Of a stretch of 59,493 nt of DNA, positions 17,547 to 27,745 are shown one piece after another. Under the pieces are notes generated by a model. The model saw only the letters and a program-made list of their open reading frames with translations, had not been told where the DNA came from and made no database searches. Source of the stretch: Candidatus Velthaea sp. (GTDB lineage Bacteria > Vulcanimicrobiota > Vulcanimicrobiia > Vulcanimicrobiales > Vulcanimicrobiaceae); the NCBI GenBank assembly GCA_050012475.1, contig JBEKHC010000020.1, forward strand, positions 1 to 59,493, written 5' to 3'. The position numbers were made by a program, and so were the translations under genes. Every line of letters starts with the position of its first letter. Positions within the stretch are counted from its first letter, which is position 1.

Positions 17547-20500
17547 ATGAACTGTTCGCCGTATCTCGCAGCCCTCGACCGCCACGTGCTCGTTTTCGAC
17601 GGAGCGATGGGCACGCAGCTCATGGAGCTCGAGCTTTCCGACGAGGCTTTTGGCGGCGCCGCCTACCACGGGTGCAACGAGGCGCTCGTCCTGACCCAGC
17701 CGGATTTGATCCGCAAGATTCACGAAACGTATTTCGAGGCCGGGGCCGACGTCGTCGAGACCGACACGTTCACAGCCTCGCGGTTGAAACTGGACGAGTA
17801 CGGCCTGGGGCACCGGGTGGCGGCGATCAATCGGGACGGCGCCCGGCTCGCGCGCGAAGCGGCCGACCGGTATTCCACGCCCGAGCGTCCGCGCTTCGTC
17901 GCCGGCTCGATGGGACCGACGGGGATGCTCATTTCGTCGTCCGATCCGACGCTCTCGAAGATCACCTTCGATGAACTCGCCGATCTGTACGGCGAACAGG
18001 CACGGCATCTCGTCGATGGCGGCGTCGATCTGTTGCTGCTCGAGACCAGCCAAGATTTGCTCGAGATGAAAGCGGCCATCGCCGGCATCGTGCGCGAGTT
18101 CGACCGCGGGCTGCGGCGCGTGCCGATCCAAGCCCAAGCGACGCTGGACGTCACCGGCCGGATGCTGCTGGGCACCGACATCCGCGCGGTCACCGCGACG
18201 CTCGACGCGCTGCCGATCGACGTGATCGGACTCAACTGCTCGACGGGTCCGACGCACATGCGCGACGCCGTGCGCTACCTGGTCGACAACTCGCGCTGCT
18301 ATGTCAGCGTGATCCCCAACGCCGGTTTGCCGCTCATGGGCCCCAAGGGCGAAACGATCTATCCCGAGCGCCCCGCCGAGATGGCAACCGAACTGCGCGC
18401 CTTCGTCGCCGATTTTGGGGTCAATGCGATCGGCGGCTGCTGCGGGACGACGCCCGACCACATTCGCGCTTTCGCCGCGGCCGTCGCGGGGCTGACGGGC
18501 CGGGCGCCGGAGCCCAAGCCGCTGCAATTCGCTGCTTCGGCGATGACGGCGGTCGCGCTCAAGCAGGATGGCTCGGTGACGATCGTCGGCGAGCGCATCA
18601 ACGCGCAGGGCTCGCGCCGGATCAAACGGCTGCTGTTGGCCGATGACTACGACGAGATCGTCCTCGTCGCGCGCGAACAGGTCGAAGGCGGCGCGCACCT
18701 CCTCGACGTCTGCACGGCGCTGACCGAGCGCAGCGATGAAGACGCGCAGATGGCGATCGTGGTCAAGCGGCTGGCGCAATCGGTGGAAGCGCCGCTCATG
18801 ATCGACTCGACCGAAGCGCGCGTGATTGAAAAAGCGCTCAAGATCTACGCCGGCCGCGCGATCGTCAACTCGATCAATCTCGAGAACGGGCGCACGCGCA
18901 TCGACGAAGTCATGCCGCTCGTGCGGATGGCCGGCGCCGCAGTGGTCGCGTTGACCATCGACGAAATCGGGATGGCCAAGACGCGCGAACGCAAGCTCGC
19001 GGTCGCGCAGCGCATCCACGAGATCGTGACGCGCGAGTTCGGTCTGCCGCCCGGCGCGCTTATTTTCGACGCGCTGACCTTCACCCTGGCAACCGGCGAC
19101 GCCGAATTTCTCGACTCGGCGGTCGAAACGATTGAAGGCATTCGCCTCATCAAGCGCGAGCTGCCCGGCGTACTCACGTCGCTGGGCGTCTCCAACGTGT
19201 CGTTTGGCCTCAAGCCGCCGGCGCGCGCGGCGCTCAACTCGGTGATGCTGCATCACTGCGTCGAGGCGGGCCTGGACATGGCGCTCGTCAACGCCAAAGA
19301 AATCACGCCCTACGGCGAACTCGACGCGACCGAACGCGAACTGTGCGACGACCTGGTATTCAACCGGCGCCCCGACGCGCTGCAGCGCGTCATCGAACAC
19401 TGGGAAGCAAAGAAGAGCGACGGGGGCGCCGCCCTTGCCGCGGCCGCCGACGAAGATCTCGACACGCCGATGGAAACCCAGATCCACAACGCGATCCTGC
19501 GCCGGCGCAAGGACGGCATCGAAGCGAAACTCGACGCGGTGCTGGCGCAGCGCGACCCGGTCGACGTTCTCAACAACGTGCTGTTGCCGGCGATGAAGGA
19601 AGTCGGCGACAAATTCGGTTCGGGCGAACTGATCTTACCGTTCGTGCTGCAATCGGCCGAAGTGATGAAGAAGGCGGTCGCGCACCTCGAGCAGTTCCTC
19701 GACAAAGTCGAAGGCGTCACCAAAGGCAAAGTCGTGCTCGCGACGGTGTTCGGCGACGTGCACGACATCGGCAAGAATCTGGTGCACACGATCCTGGCGA
19801 ACAACGGCTACACGGTATTCGACCTGGGCAAACAGGTGCCGATGAACACGATCCTGGAGAAGGCCGTCGAAGTCGGCGCCGATGCGATCGGGCTTTCCGC
19901 CCTGCTCGTGTCGACCTCGAAACAGATGCCGGTCTGCGTGAAAGAACAGGATGCGCGCGGTTTGGCGTTCCCCGTCGTCGTCGGCGGCGCGGCGATCAAT
20001 CGCGATTTCAGCCGGCGGATCTCGTTCATCGACGAGGAACGGTTGTTCGAGCCGGGGCTCTTTTACGCCAAGGACGCGTTCGAGGGTTTGGAAATCATGG
20101 ATCGCTTGATGAGCGCACCGGCGGAGCGCCGAGCGTTCGTCGAACGGATCGGGGGCGAGGCCCAGCGCGCGCGTGAACGCGCGCGCACCGCCGCGGCGCC
20201 GGCGGTTGCCGACGGCCGCTCGGCGCGCACGAGCATGCGCTATCCCGACGTCCCCCGCGCACCATTTTTCGGGCCGCGCACGCTGCGCGACATCGACGTG
20301 CGAACGCTGTGGCCCAACTTCGACCTCAAGAGCCTGTACCGGCTTTCGTGGGGCGGCAGCAACGTCAAGGGCAGCGACTGGGAGCAACTCGTCGCGACCG
20401 AGTTTGCCCCGCGGCTCGAACGCTATCAGCGGCTGGCCGAAACGAACCCGATCCTCGATCCGCGGGTCGTCTACGGCTATTTTCCGGCGGCCGGTTCGGG

Positions 20501-21032
20501 CGACGACATCATCGTGTACGATCCCGCCGACCACGCACGTGAGATCGCGCGCTTCGCCTTCTCGCGTCAAGCGGGCGGCGAACATTTGTGCCTAGCGGAT
20601 TATCTGCGCGAGCCCACGGACGGTCGCGCCAGCGACGTCATCGCGCTGCAGGTCGTGACGATGGGGCGCGACGTTTCGCACGCGATCGATCGCCGGCAGG
20701 CGGCGGGCGACTACAGCGAGTCCTATTTTCTGCACGGATTCTCCGTCCAATCGGCGGAGGCGCTGGCCGAGACGATGCATCACCGCATTCGGGCCGAGTT
20801 GGGTCTCGAAGGGCACCGCGGCAAACGCTACAGTTGGGGCTACGGCGCCTGTCCCGATCTCGCGCAGCACGAAATCGTCTGGCGGCTGCTCGACGCGCAG
20901 ACCGCGATCGGCACCGAACTCACCGAAGCGTTCCAAATCGTCCCCGAGCAGTCGACCGCAGCCATCGTGATCCATCATCCGCAAGCCACGTATTTCAATG
21001 CGGCGGCGACACGCGAACTCACGGTCGCCTAA
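17547..21032 (+). CDS. metH: Cobalamin-dependent methionine synthase
   Basis: DGAMGT, GLNCSTG, GGCCGT (Zn), [16 protein letters not shown] (B12 His), [17 protein letters not shown]. Confidence 0.96.
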   Translation: MNCSPYLAALDRHVLVFDGAMGTQLMELELSDEAFGGAAYHGCNEALVLTQPDLIRKIHETYFEAGADVVETDTFTASRLKLDEYGLGHRVAAINRDGARLAREAADRYSTPERPRFVAGSMGPTGMLISSSDPTLSKITFDELADLYGEQARHLVDGGVDLLLLETSQDLLEMKAAIAGIVREFDRGLRRVPIQAQATLDVTGRMLLGTDIRAVTATLDALPIDVIGLNCSTGPTHMRDAVRYLVDNSRCYVSVIPNAGLPLMGPKGETIYPERPAEMATELRAFVADFGVNAIGGCCGTTPDHIRAFAAAVAGLTGRAPEPKPLQFAASAMTAVALKQDGSVTIVGERINAQGSRRIKRLLLADDYDEIVLVAREQVEGGAHLLDVCTALTERSDEDAQMAIVVKRLAQSVEAPLMIDSTEARVIEKALKIYAGRAIVNSINLENGRTRIDEVMPLVRMAGAAVVALTIDEIGMAKTRERKLAVAQRIHEIVTREFGLPPGALIFDALTFTLATGDAEFLDSAVETIEGIRLIKRELPGVLTSLGVSNVSFGLKPPARAALNSVMLHHCVEAGLDMALVNAKEITPYGELDATERELCDDLVFNRRPDALQRVIEHWEAKKSDGGAALAAAADEDLDTPMETQIHNAILRRRKDGIEAKLDAVLAQRDPVDVLNNVLLPAMKEVGDKFGSGELILPFVLQSAEVMKKAVAHLEQFLDKVEGVTKGKVVLATVFGDVHDIGKNLVHTILANNGYTVFDLGKQVPMNTILEKAVEVGADAIGLSALLVSTSKQMPVCVKEQDARGLAFPVVVGGAAINRDFSRRISFIDEERLFEPGLFYAKDAFEGLEIMDRLMSAPAERRAFVERIGGEAQRARERARTAAAPAVADGRSARTSMRYPDVPRAPFFGPRTLRDIDVRTLWPNFDLKSLYRLSWGGSNVKGSDWEQLVATEFAPRLERYQRLAETNPILDPRVVYGYFPAAGSGDDIIVYDPADHAREIARFAFSRQAGGEHLCLADYLREPTDGRASDVIALQVVTMGRDVSHAIDRRQAAGDYSESYFLHGFSVQSAEALAETMHHRIRAELGLEGHRGKRYSWGYGACPDLAQHEIVWRLLDAQTAIGTELTEAFQIVPEQSTAAIVIHHPQATYFNAAATRELTVA

Positions 21033-21035
21033 GAA

Positions 21036-21470
21036 ATGACCGTCGCACTCGCGCTGCTGCTCGCGCAGGCCGTCTATTCGGCCGGTCCCGCGCCGTGCTC
21101 GCTCGTGACGCGTTCGGACGTAATGCGCGTGCTGCACTGGAGCGTTCCGCCCGGCCGCCCGTCGGGGTACCACCTGCCGCAATCGAGCGGCGCGCGCTGC
21201 ACGTACGAAGCGCATGAGGGTTCGGTCCTCGTCGTCGTGCCGAACTCGGGCTCCAGCTTTCTGCAAAACAACGATCTCGTCGATCCGTTCCGCAACGGCT
21301 TGGGCACGCGCGTTCCCGGCGTCGGCGACTCGGCGCAAATGTTCGATAACACCATCTACCTGAGCAAACACGGCACAAGCGTTTCGATCGCGGTGCTCAC
21401 GACCAACGGCGAAACTACGGCGGCATCGCTGAGCGCGTTCGCGCGCATCGCCGCGCGGCGCATGCCGTAG
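21036..21470 (+). CDS. Secreted hypothetical protein (PCSL...CTY pattern, DUF3558-like)
   Basis: Signal-like N-terminus, two Cys, VPGVGDSA; starts 3 nt after the metH stop. Confidence 0.6.
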   Translation: MTVALALLLAQAVYSAGPAPCSLVTRSDVMRVLHWSVPPGRPSGYHLPQSSGARCTYEAHEGSVLVVVPNSGSSFLQNNDLVDPFRNGLGTRVPGVGDSAQMFDNTIYLSKHGTSVSIAVLTTNGETTAASLSAFARIAARRMP

Positions 21471-21501
21471 CGCTGTTGACGTCGATCGCGGCCGGCGCCG
21501 C

Positions 21502-21969
21502 CTACGGTACGGCGAGCTCGAAAATCGCCTCGATCTCGACGCTGATATTGATGGGAAGACTTGCGACGCCGATCGCCGATCGCGCATGGCGTCCGGCGTC
21601 GCCGAAAATCTCGACGAAGAGATCCGAGCATCCGTTGATGACGGCCGGATGCTGAGTGAACGTCGGTACCGCGTTGACCAGACCGAGGACCTTGACGATC
21701 CGGCGGATCCGTTCGAGCGCGCCCAACTGTTGACGCGCCGTCGCCAGCAACCCTAGGCCGACGAGGCGAGCGCGCGCATACGCGTCTTCCAGCGACACAT
21801 CGCTGCCGACTTTGCCGCACAGAAACGTCCCATCCGCTGCGCGCGGGCCTTGTCCCGAGAGAAACAGCAGGTTGCCGCTCACGACGCCGGGCACGTAATT
21901 TGCCGCCGGTTTGGCGGGCAGCGGCAATTCGATCTTCAACTCGCGCAAGCGTGCTTCGATATCGCTCAT
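21502..21969 (-). CDS. RidA/YjgF family protein
   Basis: LPAKPAANYVP, LFLSGQGP, INGCSDLF, HARSAIGVASLP, VEIEAI. Confidence 0.9.
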   Translation of the reverse strand: MSDIEARLRELKIELPLPAKPAANYVPGVVSGNLLFLSGQGPRAADGTFLCGKVGSDVSLEDAYARARLVGLGLLATARQQLGALERIRRIVKVLGLVNAVPTFTQHPAVINGCSDLFVEIFGDAGRHARSAIGVASLPINISVEIEAIFELAVP

Positions 21970-22148
21970 GCTCGAAGTATGCGCAAGAGCGCGCCGGAAT
22001 TACTCCGCGTCGAACGCTTTCGTGACCCTTGCCGCCGTTTGGCTCGGCAGGTTTTTGGCCCTCAGAGCACACACCGGTTTGTCGCCGCCGAGGCCAACGC
22101 GCGGCGATGAGGCGTTCGCGAAATGCTCGAAAGATTGACCGTCCGCGC

Positions 22149-22919
22149 GTGAACCCCGCGGCCCCGCGGCTGTGGCGCGCGCCCGCGGTTCAGGCGGCGG
22201 CGATTCAGGCGCTGACCGTGGCCCCGACGCTGGCCGCAGCTTACGTCTTCGCGCGCTGGCAACATCCGCTGTCGGTCTACGGCGCAGCGCTGCTGCAGGG
22301 CGTTTTGGCGATGCTCGTGACCTGGATCTGGGGTTTGGCGCCGTGGTGGCGCGCAATCCAGGTTGCCTTCCCGATCGCGCTGCTCGGCGCGGGGTCGCTG
22401 CATCTGCCGCGGCCGGCGCTGTTGGGCGTTTTTCTGTTCATGCTGCTGGTTTTCTGGTCGACGTTCCGCACCCAAGTGCCGTTTTATCCGTCCGGTCCCG
22501 CGGTGCGGGAGGCCGTTGCGGGTCTGCTCCCGTCCGATCGGCCGGTGCGGCTCATCGATATCGGCAGCGGACTCGGCGGCCTGGTGCTCGGGCTCGCGCG
22601 GCGTTTTCCCGGCAGCCGGCTTACCGGAATCGAACTGGCACCACTGCCGTGGCTGATCAGCGTGCTGCGCGCGCGCCTGACCGCCAGCGCGGCGCAGTTC
22701 ATGCGCGGCGACTACGAACGGCTCGATTTCGCCGCGTACGACGTGGTCTTCGCCTATCTCTCACCGGCCGCGATGGCTGCGCTGTGGCGCAAAGCTGCCG
22801 GCGAAATGCGTCCGGCCACGATGCTGATCAGCTACGAATTCCCCGTGCCCGGGAAAGTGCCCGACAAGACCGTTGCGCCGACGGCCGCCGGACCGGAACT
22901 TTTCGTCTGGTACTTCTGA
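22149..22919 (+). CDS. Class I SAM-dependent methyltransferase with N-terminal TM segments
   Basis: TQVPFYPS, IDIGSGLGG, GIELAP, YDVVFAYLSP, ISYEF; GTG start uncertain. Confidence 0.82.
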   Translation: MNPAAPRLWRAPAVQAAAIQALTVAPTLAAAYVFARWQHPLSVYGAALLQGVLAMLVTWIWGLAPWWRAIQVAFPIALLGAGSLHLPRPALLGVFLFMLLVFWSTFRTQVPFYPSGPAVREAVAGLLPSDRPVRLIDIGSGLGGLVLGLARRFPGSRLTGIELAPLPWLISVLRARLTASAAQFMRGDYERLDFAAYDVVFAYLSPAAMAALWRKAAGEMRPATMLISYEFPVPGKVPDKTVAPTAAGPELFVWYF

Positions 22920-22922
22920 CCG

Positions 22923-23828
22923 CTACTTGGCGGGGGGCTGGACCGGCTTCGCCGCGTCGGCACCGGGGACCGCGGCGGGCGCTCCCGCTTCACTGACGCC
23001 GGCCGCCTTGGCGGGATCCTCCGTACCGTCCTGCTTGAGCCGCTGCACCGTCTCGGCGTTGAGAACCACGATGCTGATCCGCCGATTGCTCGGATCCGCT
23101 AAATTCTTTTTGTCCAGCGGCACCGAACCGGAGAGTCCGCGCACTTGTAAGATTTTATTTTCGTGCATGCCGCCCACGATGAGTTCGCGCCGCGCGGCAT
23201 TGGCCCGATCGCTCGACAGTTCCCAGTTCGAGTAGCCTTTTTCGCCGCCCGCGTATTGCAGCGCGTCGGTATGACCCGAGATCGAGATCGGATTGTCGAC
23301 GTTGTTGAGCGTCTTGCCGATCTCGTCCAAGATGACTTTCGTGTAGTCTTCCAACACGGCGGAACCGACCGCGAACATCGGGCGATTCTTTTGATCGATG
23401 ATCTGAACCCGCAAGCCTTCGCTGGTGATCTCGATCTTGATTTGGTTTTTGAAGGCCCGCATCTTGGGGTTGTGCTCGGTGACGGTTTCCATCTTCTGCT
23501 TGAGCTCTTCGAGCTTTTTCTGTTCTTGTTTTTTGAGCTCTTCGAGTTTTTCTTTGAGCGATTTTGGCGCGGTTGTCGGCGCCGAGCCGGGACCGGCGGT
23601 GAGCAGTGATTTGAGCGGGCGGTTGAAGTAGTCGGCGATGCCGGCCCGGGTGCCCGGATCCGTGTACGAGAGCAGCCACATCAGGAGAAAGAACGCCATC
23701 ATCGCGGTGACGAAGTCGGCGTACGCGATCTTCCAGGCGCCGCCGTGATGCCCGCCGTGTCCGCGCTTTTTGATCTTCTTGATGACGATGATCGGCTGGA
23801 GCGCCTTGCCGGGTTTGCCTTCTGCCAT
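22923..23828 (-). CDS. motB: Flagellar motor stator protein MotB
   Basis: HHGGAWKIAYADFVTAMMAFF (essential Asp), OmpA-like ISGHTD, NWELSSDRANA, NRRISI. Confidence 0.94.
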   Translation of the reverse strand: MAEGKPGKALQPIIVIKKIKKRGHGGHHGGAWKIAYADFVTAMMAFFLLMWLLSYTDPGTRAGIADYFNRPLKSLLTAGPGSAPTTAPKSLKEKLEELKKQEQKKLEELKQKMETVTEHNPKMRAFKNQIKIEITSEGLRVQIIDQKNRPMFAVGSAVLEDYTKVILDEIGKTLNNVDNPISISGHTDALQYAGGEKGYSNWELSSDRANAARRELIVGGMHENKILQVRGLSGSVPLDKKNLADPSNRRISIVVLNAETVQRLKQDGTEDPAKAAGVSEAGAPAAVPGADAAKPVQPPAK

Positions 23829-23843
23829 GATGGGTGCCGGTCG

Positions 23844-24743
23844 TCAGGCCGCGGCGGCGGCGTCGCCGGCGTCGGCCGAAGCGGGTCCGTTCTTGGTTGC
23901 GCGGACGGCGTCATCGAGTTCGGTGAAGCTCGGGCGATCGACCGACTGCAGCACCTTACGACCGAATTCGACGGCCACGCCGGGCGCCGAACCGTTGAGG
24001 TACGCGAGCAAAACGCACTTGACGCACTCGAAGGGAATCGCCGCCTCCGCGCCCTGGGCGGTCAGCAGCGCAGCCAGCGGTCCGACGAAGCCGTACGCCA
24101 TCAAGATGCCCAAGAACGTGCCGACCAGCGCAGCGGCGATCATCTCGCCCAGCACGGCCGGCGGCGCGCCGACGGAGCCCATCGTGTGAACGACGCCCAT
24201 AACGGCCGAGACGATGCCGAACGCCGGCAAACCGTCGGCCATGTTCTGAATGGCGGTGGCGGGCGCCGCCATCTCGACGTGATGCGTTTCCAGCTCGGCA
24301 TTCATGAGATCTTCGACTGCGGACGGGTTGACGTTGCCCTCGAGCATCATGCGCATGTAGTCGACGATGAAATCGAGCAAGTGATGGTCTTTGATGATCG
24401 TGGGATATTTGGTGAAGACCGGGCTCGCTTTGGGATCGGCGATGTCGGGCTCCATCGCGAGCATGCCCTGCGTGCGGACTTTCTGCAGCAGTTCGTACAG
24501 CAACGAGATGAGTTCGAGGTACTTTTTCTTGTTGTAGCCGCCGCCCTTAAAGCATGACGGGACCGCTTTGATCACCGCCTTGAGGACCTTCATCGGGTTG
24601 CTGACCAGGAATGCGCCGATCGACGAACCCAGAATGCACATGAGCTCGAACGGTTGAAGCAGCGCGGCGATGTGGCCGCCGCCGAGTACGAAGCTGCCGA
24701 TCACGGCGCCGACGACGACGACCCACCCGACGATCACGAACAT
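23844..24743 (-). CDS. motA: Flagellar motor stator protein MotA
   Basis: LLQPFEL, PAFGIVSAVMGVV, ALVGTFLGI, AVEFGRK; proteobacterial-style MotA. Confidence 0.94.
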   Translation of the reverse strand: MFVIVGWVVVVGAVIGSFVLGGGHIAALLQPFELMCILGSSIGAFLVSNPMKVLKAVIKAVPSCFKGGGYNKKKYLELISLLYELLQKVRTQGMLAMEPDIADPKASPVFTKYPTIIKDHHLLDFIVDYMRMMLEGNVNPSAVEDLMNAELETHHVEMAAPATAIQNMADGLPAFGIVSAVMGVVHTMGSVGAPPAVLGEMIAAALVGTFLGILMAYGFVGPLAALLTAQGAEAAIPFECVKCVLLAYLNGSAPGVAVEFGRKVLQSVDRPSFTELDDAVRATKNGPASADAGDAAAAA

Positions 24744-24975
24744 GGAGCCAGAATCCTACTTTCGGCAAAGGGAACGGGGTGCGTCCTCTTCTAGCATCGG
24801 CCGCCGGTGCTCGAACAGCCAGCCGGACTGTGGGGCCGTTCGTATCGGCGGCCAATCTTTACGCCGTTTTTGCGGCCGGCGACGGCGGCCCGGTCCGAGC
24901 GGAAGGCAATGAGGACGAGCGAGGCAAAAGCGAAGCGCCCCCGGGGATTTCGGGGGACAGTTGAGGGCCGCGGCG

Positions 24976-25629
24976 ATGATCGTTTCGATCTCACGTGAAC
25001 TTGGCGCCGGGGGCGGCAGCGTCGGCGAAGTGCTGGCCGGCGCGCTCGGGGCGACGTTGCTCGACGAACGCGCGATCATCGATCGGCTGGCCGACCGGCA
25101 CGGCATCTCATCCGACTTCCTGACCCGGACGTGCGAGCGGCCGCCGTCATTCGGCGAGAGCTTGATTGCCGATCTGGCTCGGGCTTCAGCGATGCTGCCG
25201 TTCAACACCGAGTGGCGGATGCCCGACGACCCGATCATCGAACGCGTGCGCGCACTGGTCTTCGAATGCGCCGAACGGGGGCACGTCGTGGTCATCGGCC
25301 ACGGCGGCGTCAGCCTGTTGGGTTGGCGGCCGGCCGGGGTGCGGGTTTTGGCGATTTTGCTCCAAGCCAGCGTCGGCTGGCGCATCGAACAACTCGCCCG
25401 GCGCTGCGCGATCGACGCCGGTGAAGCGCAGCGCCGCATTGCGCGCACGGATGAAGCGCGCCGGCGCTATTTACGCCACTATTTCAATTGTGACATGTAT
25501 GATAGCCGGCGGTACGATCTGGTCCTCAACACCGAGCGGCTGGGCCTCGATCTCGCGATCGCGCTGGCGACCAACGCAACGCTTGCCGCAGCGGACGAAC
25601 GAGCGGCGAAGCCGGCTACGTTGCGCTGA
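24976..25629 (+). CDS. Cytidylate kinase-like family protein
   Basis: MIVSISRELGAGGGSVG, VVIGHGG, DEARRRYLRHYF, YDLVLNT. Confidence 0.85.
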   Translation: MIVSISRELGAGGGSVGEVLAGALGATLLDERAIIDRLADRHGISSDFLTRTCERPPSFGESLIADLARASAMLPFNTEWRMPDDPIIERVRALVFECAERGHVVVIGHGGVSLLGWRPAGVRVLAILLQASVGWRIEQLARRCAIDAGEAQRRIARTDEARRRYLRHYFNCDMYDSRRYDLVLNTERLGLDLAIALATNATLAAADERAAKPATLR

Positions 25630-25762
25630 TGTCCGGGCCGTTGCCGTAGGGCCGGTCGAACCAACCGCTTGCCGAGCCGTCGCGGCTGTCGGCCCCGTAG
25701 CGCACCGCAACCACACTCAACGCGACCAGCAAACCCGTCATCAATAAAAATCCCATCGCCAT
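25616..25762 (-). CDS. Small single-TM protein (48 aa, RYGADSRDG motif)
   Basis: Below the ORF-track cut-off: MAMGFLLMTGLLVALSVVAVRYGADSRDGSASGWFDRPYGNGPDISAT, preceded by GAAGAGGAAG; divergent from lysR. Confidence 0.65.
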   Translation of the reverse strand: MAMGFLLMTGLLVALSVVAVRYGADSRDGSASGWFDRPYGNGPDISAT

Positions 25763-25824
25763 CTTCCTCTTCTAGAAGAGTAGCACACGACGGCGGGAAG
25801 CTTGCATCAAGCATCTGATCGTCG

Positions 25825-25843
25825 CCATCGGAAAGGCTGATGG
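25825..25843. promoter_or_regulatory. Candidate LysR binding site
   Basis: CCATC-N9-GATGG palindrome containing T-N11-A, immediately upstream of lysR. Confidence 0.55.
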
Positions 25844-25849
25844 GAGAAC

Positions 25850-26779
25850 GTGGAACTGCGTCAACTCTTTACTTTTCAGGCTGTCGCAAAATCGCGGAGT
25901 TTCACCCAAGCCGCGGAGCGGCTCTCATATTCGCAGTCGAACGTAACCGCGCACATTCAGGCACTCGAGGAAGAGTTGCAGACGCGCCTTTTCGAACGGC
26001 TGGGCAAACACGTCGAGTTGACGGCCGCCGGCCGGCGTTTGGTGACGTACGCCGATCGCCTGCTGGCACTTGCCGAGGAGGCGTCGCACGAAGTACCCGA
26101 GCCCGACGTTCCGTCCGGCGTGCTGACGATCGGCGCGTGCGAAACGCTGTGCGCGTATCTGATTCCGTCGATCCTCACGGACTTCCGGCGCGAGTTTCCC
26201 AGCGTCCGGCTCGTCATCCACGGCGATCACTGTCCCGATCTGCCGAATCGGTTGCTCGGGGGCGACCTGGACGTCGCGTTGACGCTGACCGAACCGCTCC
26301 ATTTAACGGCGTTCGCGATCGAAGACTTAGCGCGCGAACCGTTAATGGTCGTCGTCCGTTGCGATCATCGGCTTGCACAGCAGGCTTCGGTTGCGCTAAC
26401 GGCATTTCGTGACGAGCCGTTCATCGTGTACCAGGAAGGGAACGCAACCTGGAAAGCGTTGGACGAAGCATTCGGACGGCCGGGCATGCGCGCGCATACG
26501 ACGCTGCAGTTCAACAGTGACGAGGCAATCAAACAATGCGTGCTGGCGGGACTCGGCGTCGGCGTCGTACCGCACATGGTGGTCGAGCGCGAATTGGCGG
26601 AAGGTTCGCTCGTCGCAATCAACGTTGCCGACCTCGAGATCACGCTGGCGACGCAGATGCTGTGGCACAAAGACAAGTGGATCTCGCCGGCGCTGCGCGC
26701 GTTTGCCGACGTGACGCGCCGGTCGATGCGGTCGCGGCTCGCAGCGACAAACGTCGCCGCTTCGTTGACGAACGCTTGA
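25850..26779 (+). CDS. LysR family transcriptional regulator
   Basis: MELRQLFTF...SFTQAAERLSYSQSNVTAHIQALEEEL...LFER...LTAAG. Confidence 0.95.
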   Translation: MELRQLFTFQAVAKSRSFTQAAERLSYSQSNVTAHIQALEEELQTRLFERLGKHVELTAAGRRLVTYADRLLALAEEASHEVPEPDVPSGVLTIGACETLCAYLIPSILTDFRREFPSVRLVIHGDHCPDLPNRLLGGDLDVALTLTEPLHLTAFAIEDLAREPLMVVVRCDHRLAQQASVALTAFRDEPFIVYQEGNATWKALDEAFGRPGMRAHTTLQFNSDEAIKQCVLAGLGVGVVPHMVVERELAEGSLVAINVADLEITLATQMLWHKDKWISPALRAFADVTRRSMRSRLAATNVAASLTNA

Positions 26780-26793
26780 AGTTCTGTTAACGT
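26765..26793 (+). promoter_or_regulatory. Sigma70-type promoter for the amino-acid ABC operon leader
   Basis: TTGACG-N17-TAACGT with TG extension; ATG at 26800 sits at the expected +1. Confidence 0.5.
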
Positions 26794-26909
26794 ACTGCCA
26801 TGTTCGCGACGGCGTCGTCCTGCCCGTCTCTATTGGATCCGTGTCGTCGTCCGTCGGGGCGCCGGCCTTCGGCTTGATATCGTGCGCGAGCGCCTGATCT
26901 GCCGGACGT

Positions 26910-26939
26910 GCCGCCGCCATTGTGGCGGCGGTTTTTTTT
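26910..26939 (+). terminator. Intrinsic terminator/attenuator in front of the ABC operon
   Basis: CCGCCGCCA-TTG-TGGCGGCGG followed by T8, directly before the RBS of the binding-protein gene. Confidence 0.75.
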
Positions 26940-26952
26940 GCGAGGAATTCAT

Positions 26953-27744
26953 TTGAACATCAATCGTCCTTCATTCATTGCGACGACGACCGCGCTGCTG
27001 CTGGCGGGTGCGCTGCCCCGCGCGGCCTTTGCCGATGCCGGTCTCGACGACGTCAAGAAGCGCGGCACGCTGCGCATCGCGCTCGAGGGAACGTTCCCGC
27101 CGTTCAACTTTCAAGATTCGAGCGGAAACTTGAGCGGGTTCGAGATCGACCTCGGCAACGCGCTGGCCAAACAGCTCGGCGTCAAGGCGGAATTTTTGCC
27201 CACCAAGTGGGACGGGATCCTCGCCGGACTCGATTCCGGCCGCTACGACATCGTGCTCAATCAAGTCACGATCACCCCCGAACGTCAGGCGAAGTACGAC
27301 TTTAGCGCACCCTACACGGTCTCGGGCATCCAGATCCTCGTCAAAAAAGCGGATGCGGACCGGATCAAAACCGCAGACGATCTTGCCGGTAAGGCCGTGG
27401 GCGTCGGCTTGGGGACGAATTACGAGACTTGGCTGCGCAAGAACGTGCCGACGGCGAACGTGAAAACGTACGACGACGATCCCACCAAGTTTGCCGATCT
27501 GCGGACGGGACGGCTCGACGCCGTGCTGGCCGACCGGCTGGTCGCGGCAAATAGGATCAAGCAGTTCGGCGGCGACGTCGTTCCGGCGGGCGATCCGCTG
27601 GCCAAGGAATTGCAAGGCATCGCCGTCCGCAAGGATCATCCCGATTTGCGCGCTGCGCTCGACAAAGCGCTGCTGGCCCTCCATTCCGACGGATCGTTCG
27701 TGGCGATCTCGGACAAGTGGTTCGGCTCGGACGTCTCCAAATAG
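26953..27744 (+). CDS. Polar amino acid ABC substrate-binding protein (cystine FliY/TcyJ-like)
   Basis: GTLRIALEGTFPPFNF, WDGILAGLDSGRYDIVLNQV, SDKWFGSDV; TTG start after GAGGA. Confidence 0.88.
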   Translation: MNINRPSFIATTTALLLAGALPRAAFADAGLDDVKKRGTLRIALEGTFPPFNFQDSSGNLSGFEIDLGNALAKQLGVKAEFLPTKWDGILAGLDSGRYDIVLNQVTITPERQAKYDFSAPYTVSGIQILVKKADADRIKTADDLAGKAVGVGLGTNYETWLRKNVPTANVKTYDDDPTKFADLRTGRLDAVLADRLVAANRIKQFGGDVVPAGDPLAKELQGIAVRKDHPDLRAALDKALLALHSDGSFVAISDKWFGSDVSK

Positions 27745-27745
27745 G

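Noticed and set aside
22923..24743. Zorya ZorAB anti-phage motor
   Set aside because: MotA is normal length without the long ZorA tail, motifs are canonical flagellar, and no ZorC/D/E genes are adjacent.
24744..24880. Sigma28 promoter for motA
   Set aside because: GCCGATA-like -10 elements exist, but TAAA is only 8 nt upstream, not about 15.
24895..24965. c-di-GMP riboswitch near motA
   Set aside because: GGAAGGCAATGA resembles the class II 5' end but the GGGCAC and GTGCAACC elements are missing, and it is on the wrong strand for motA.
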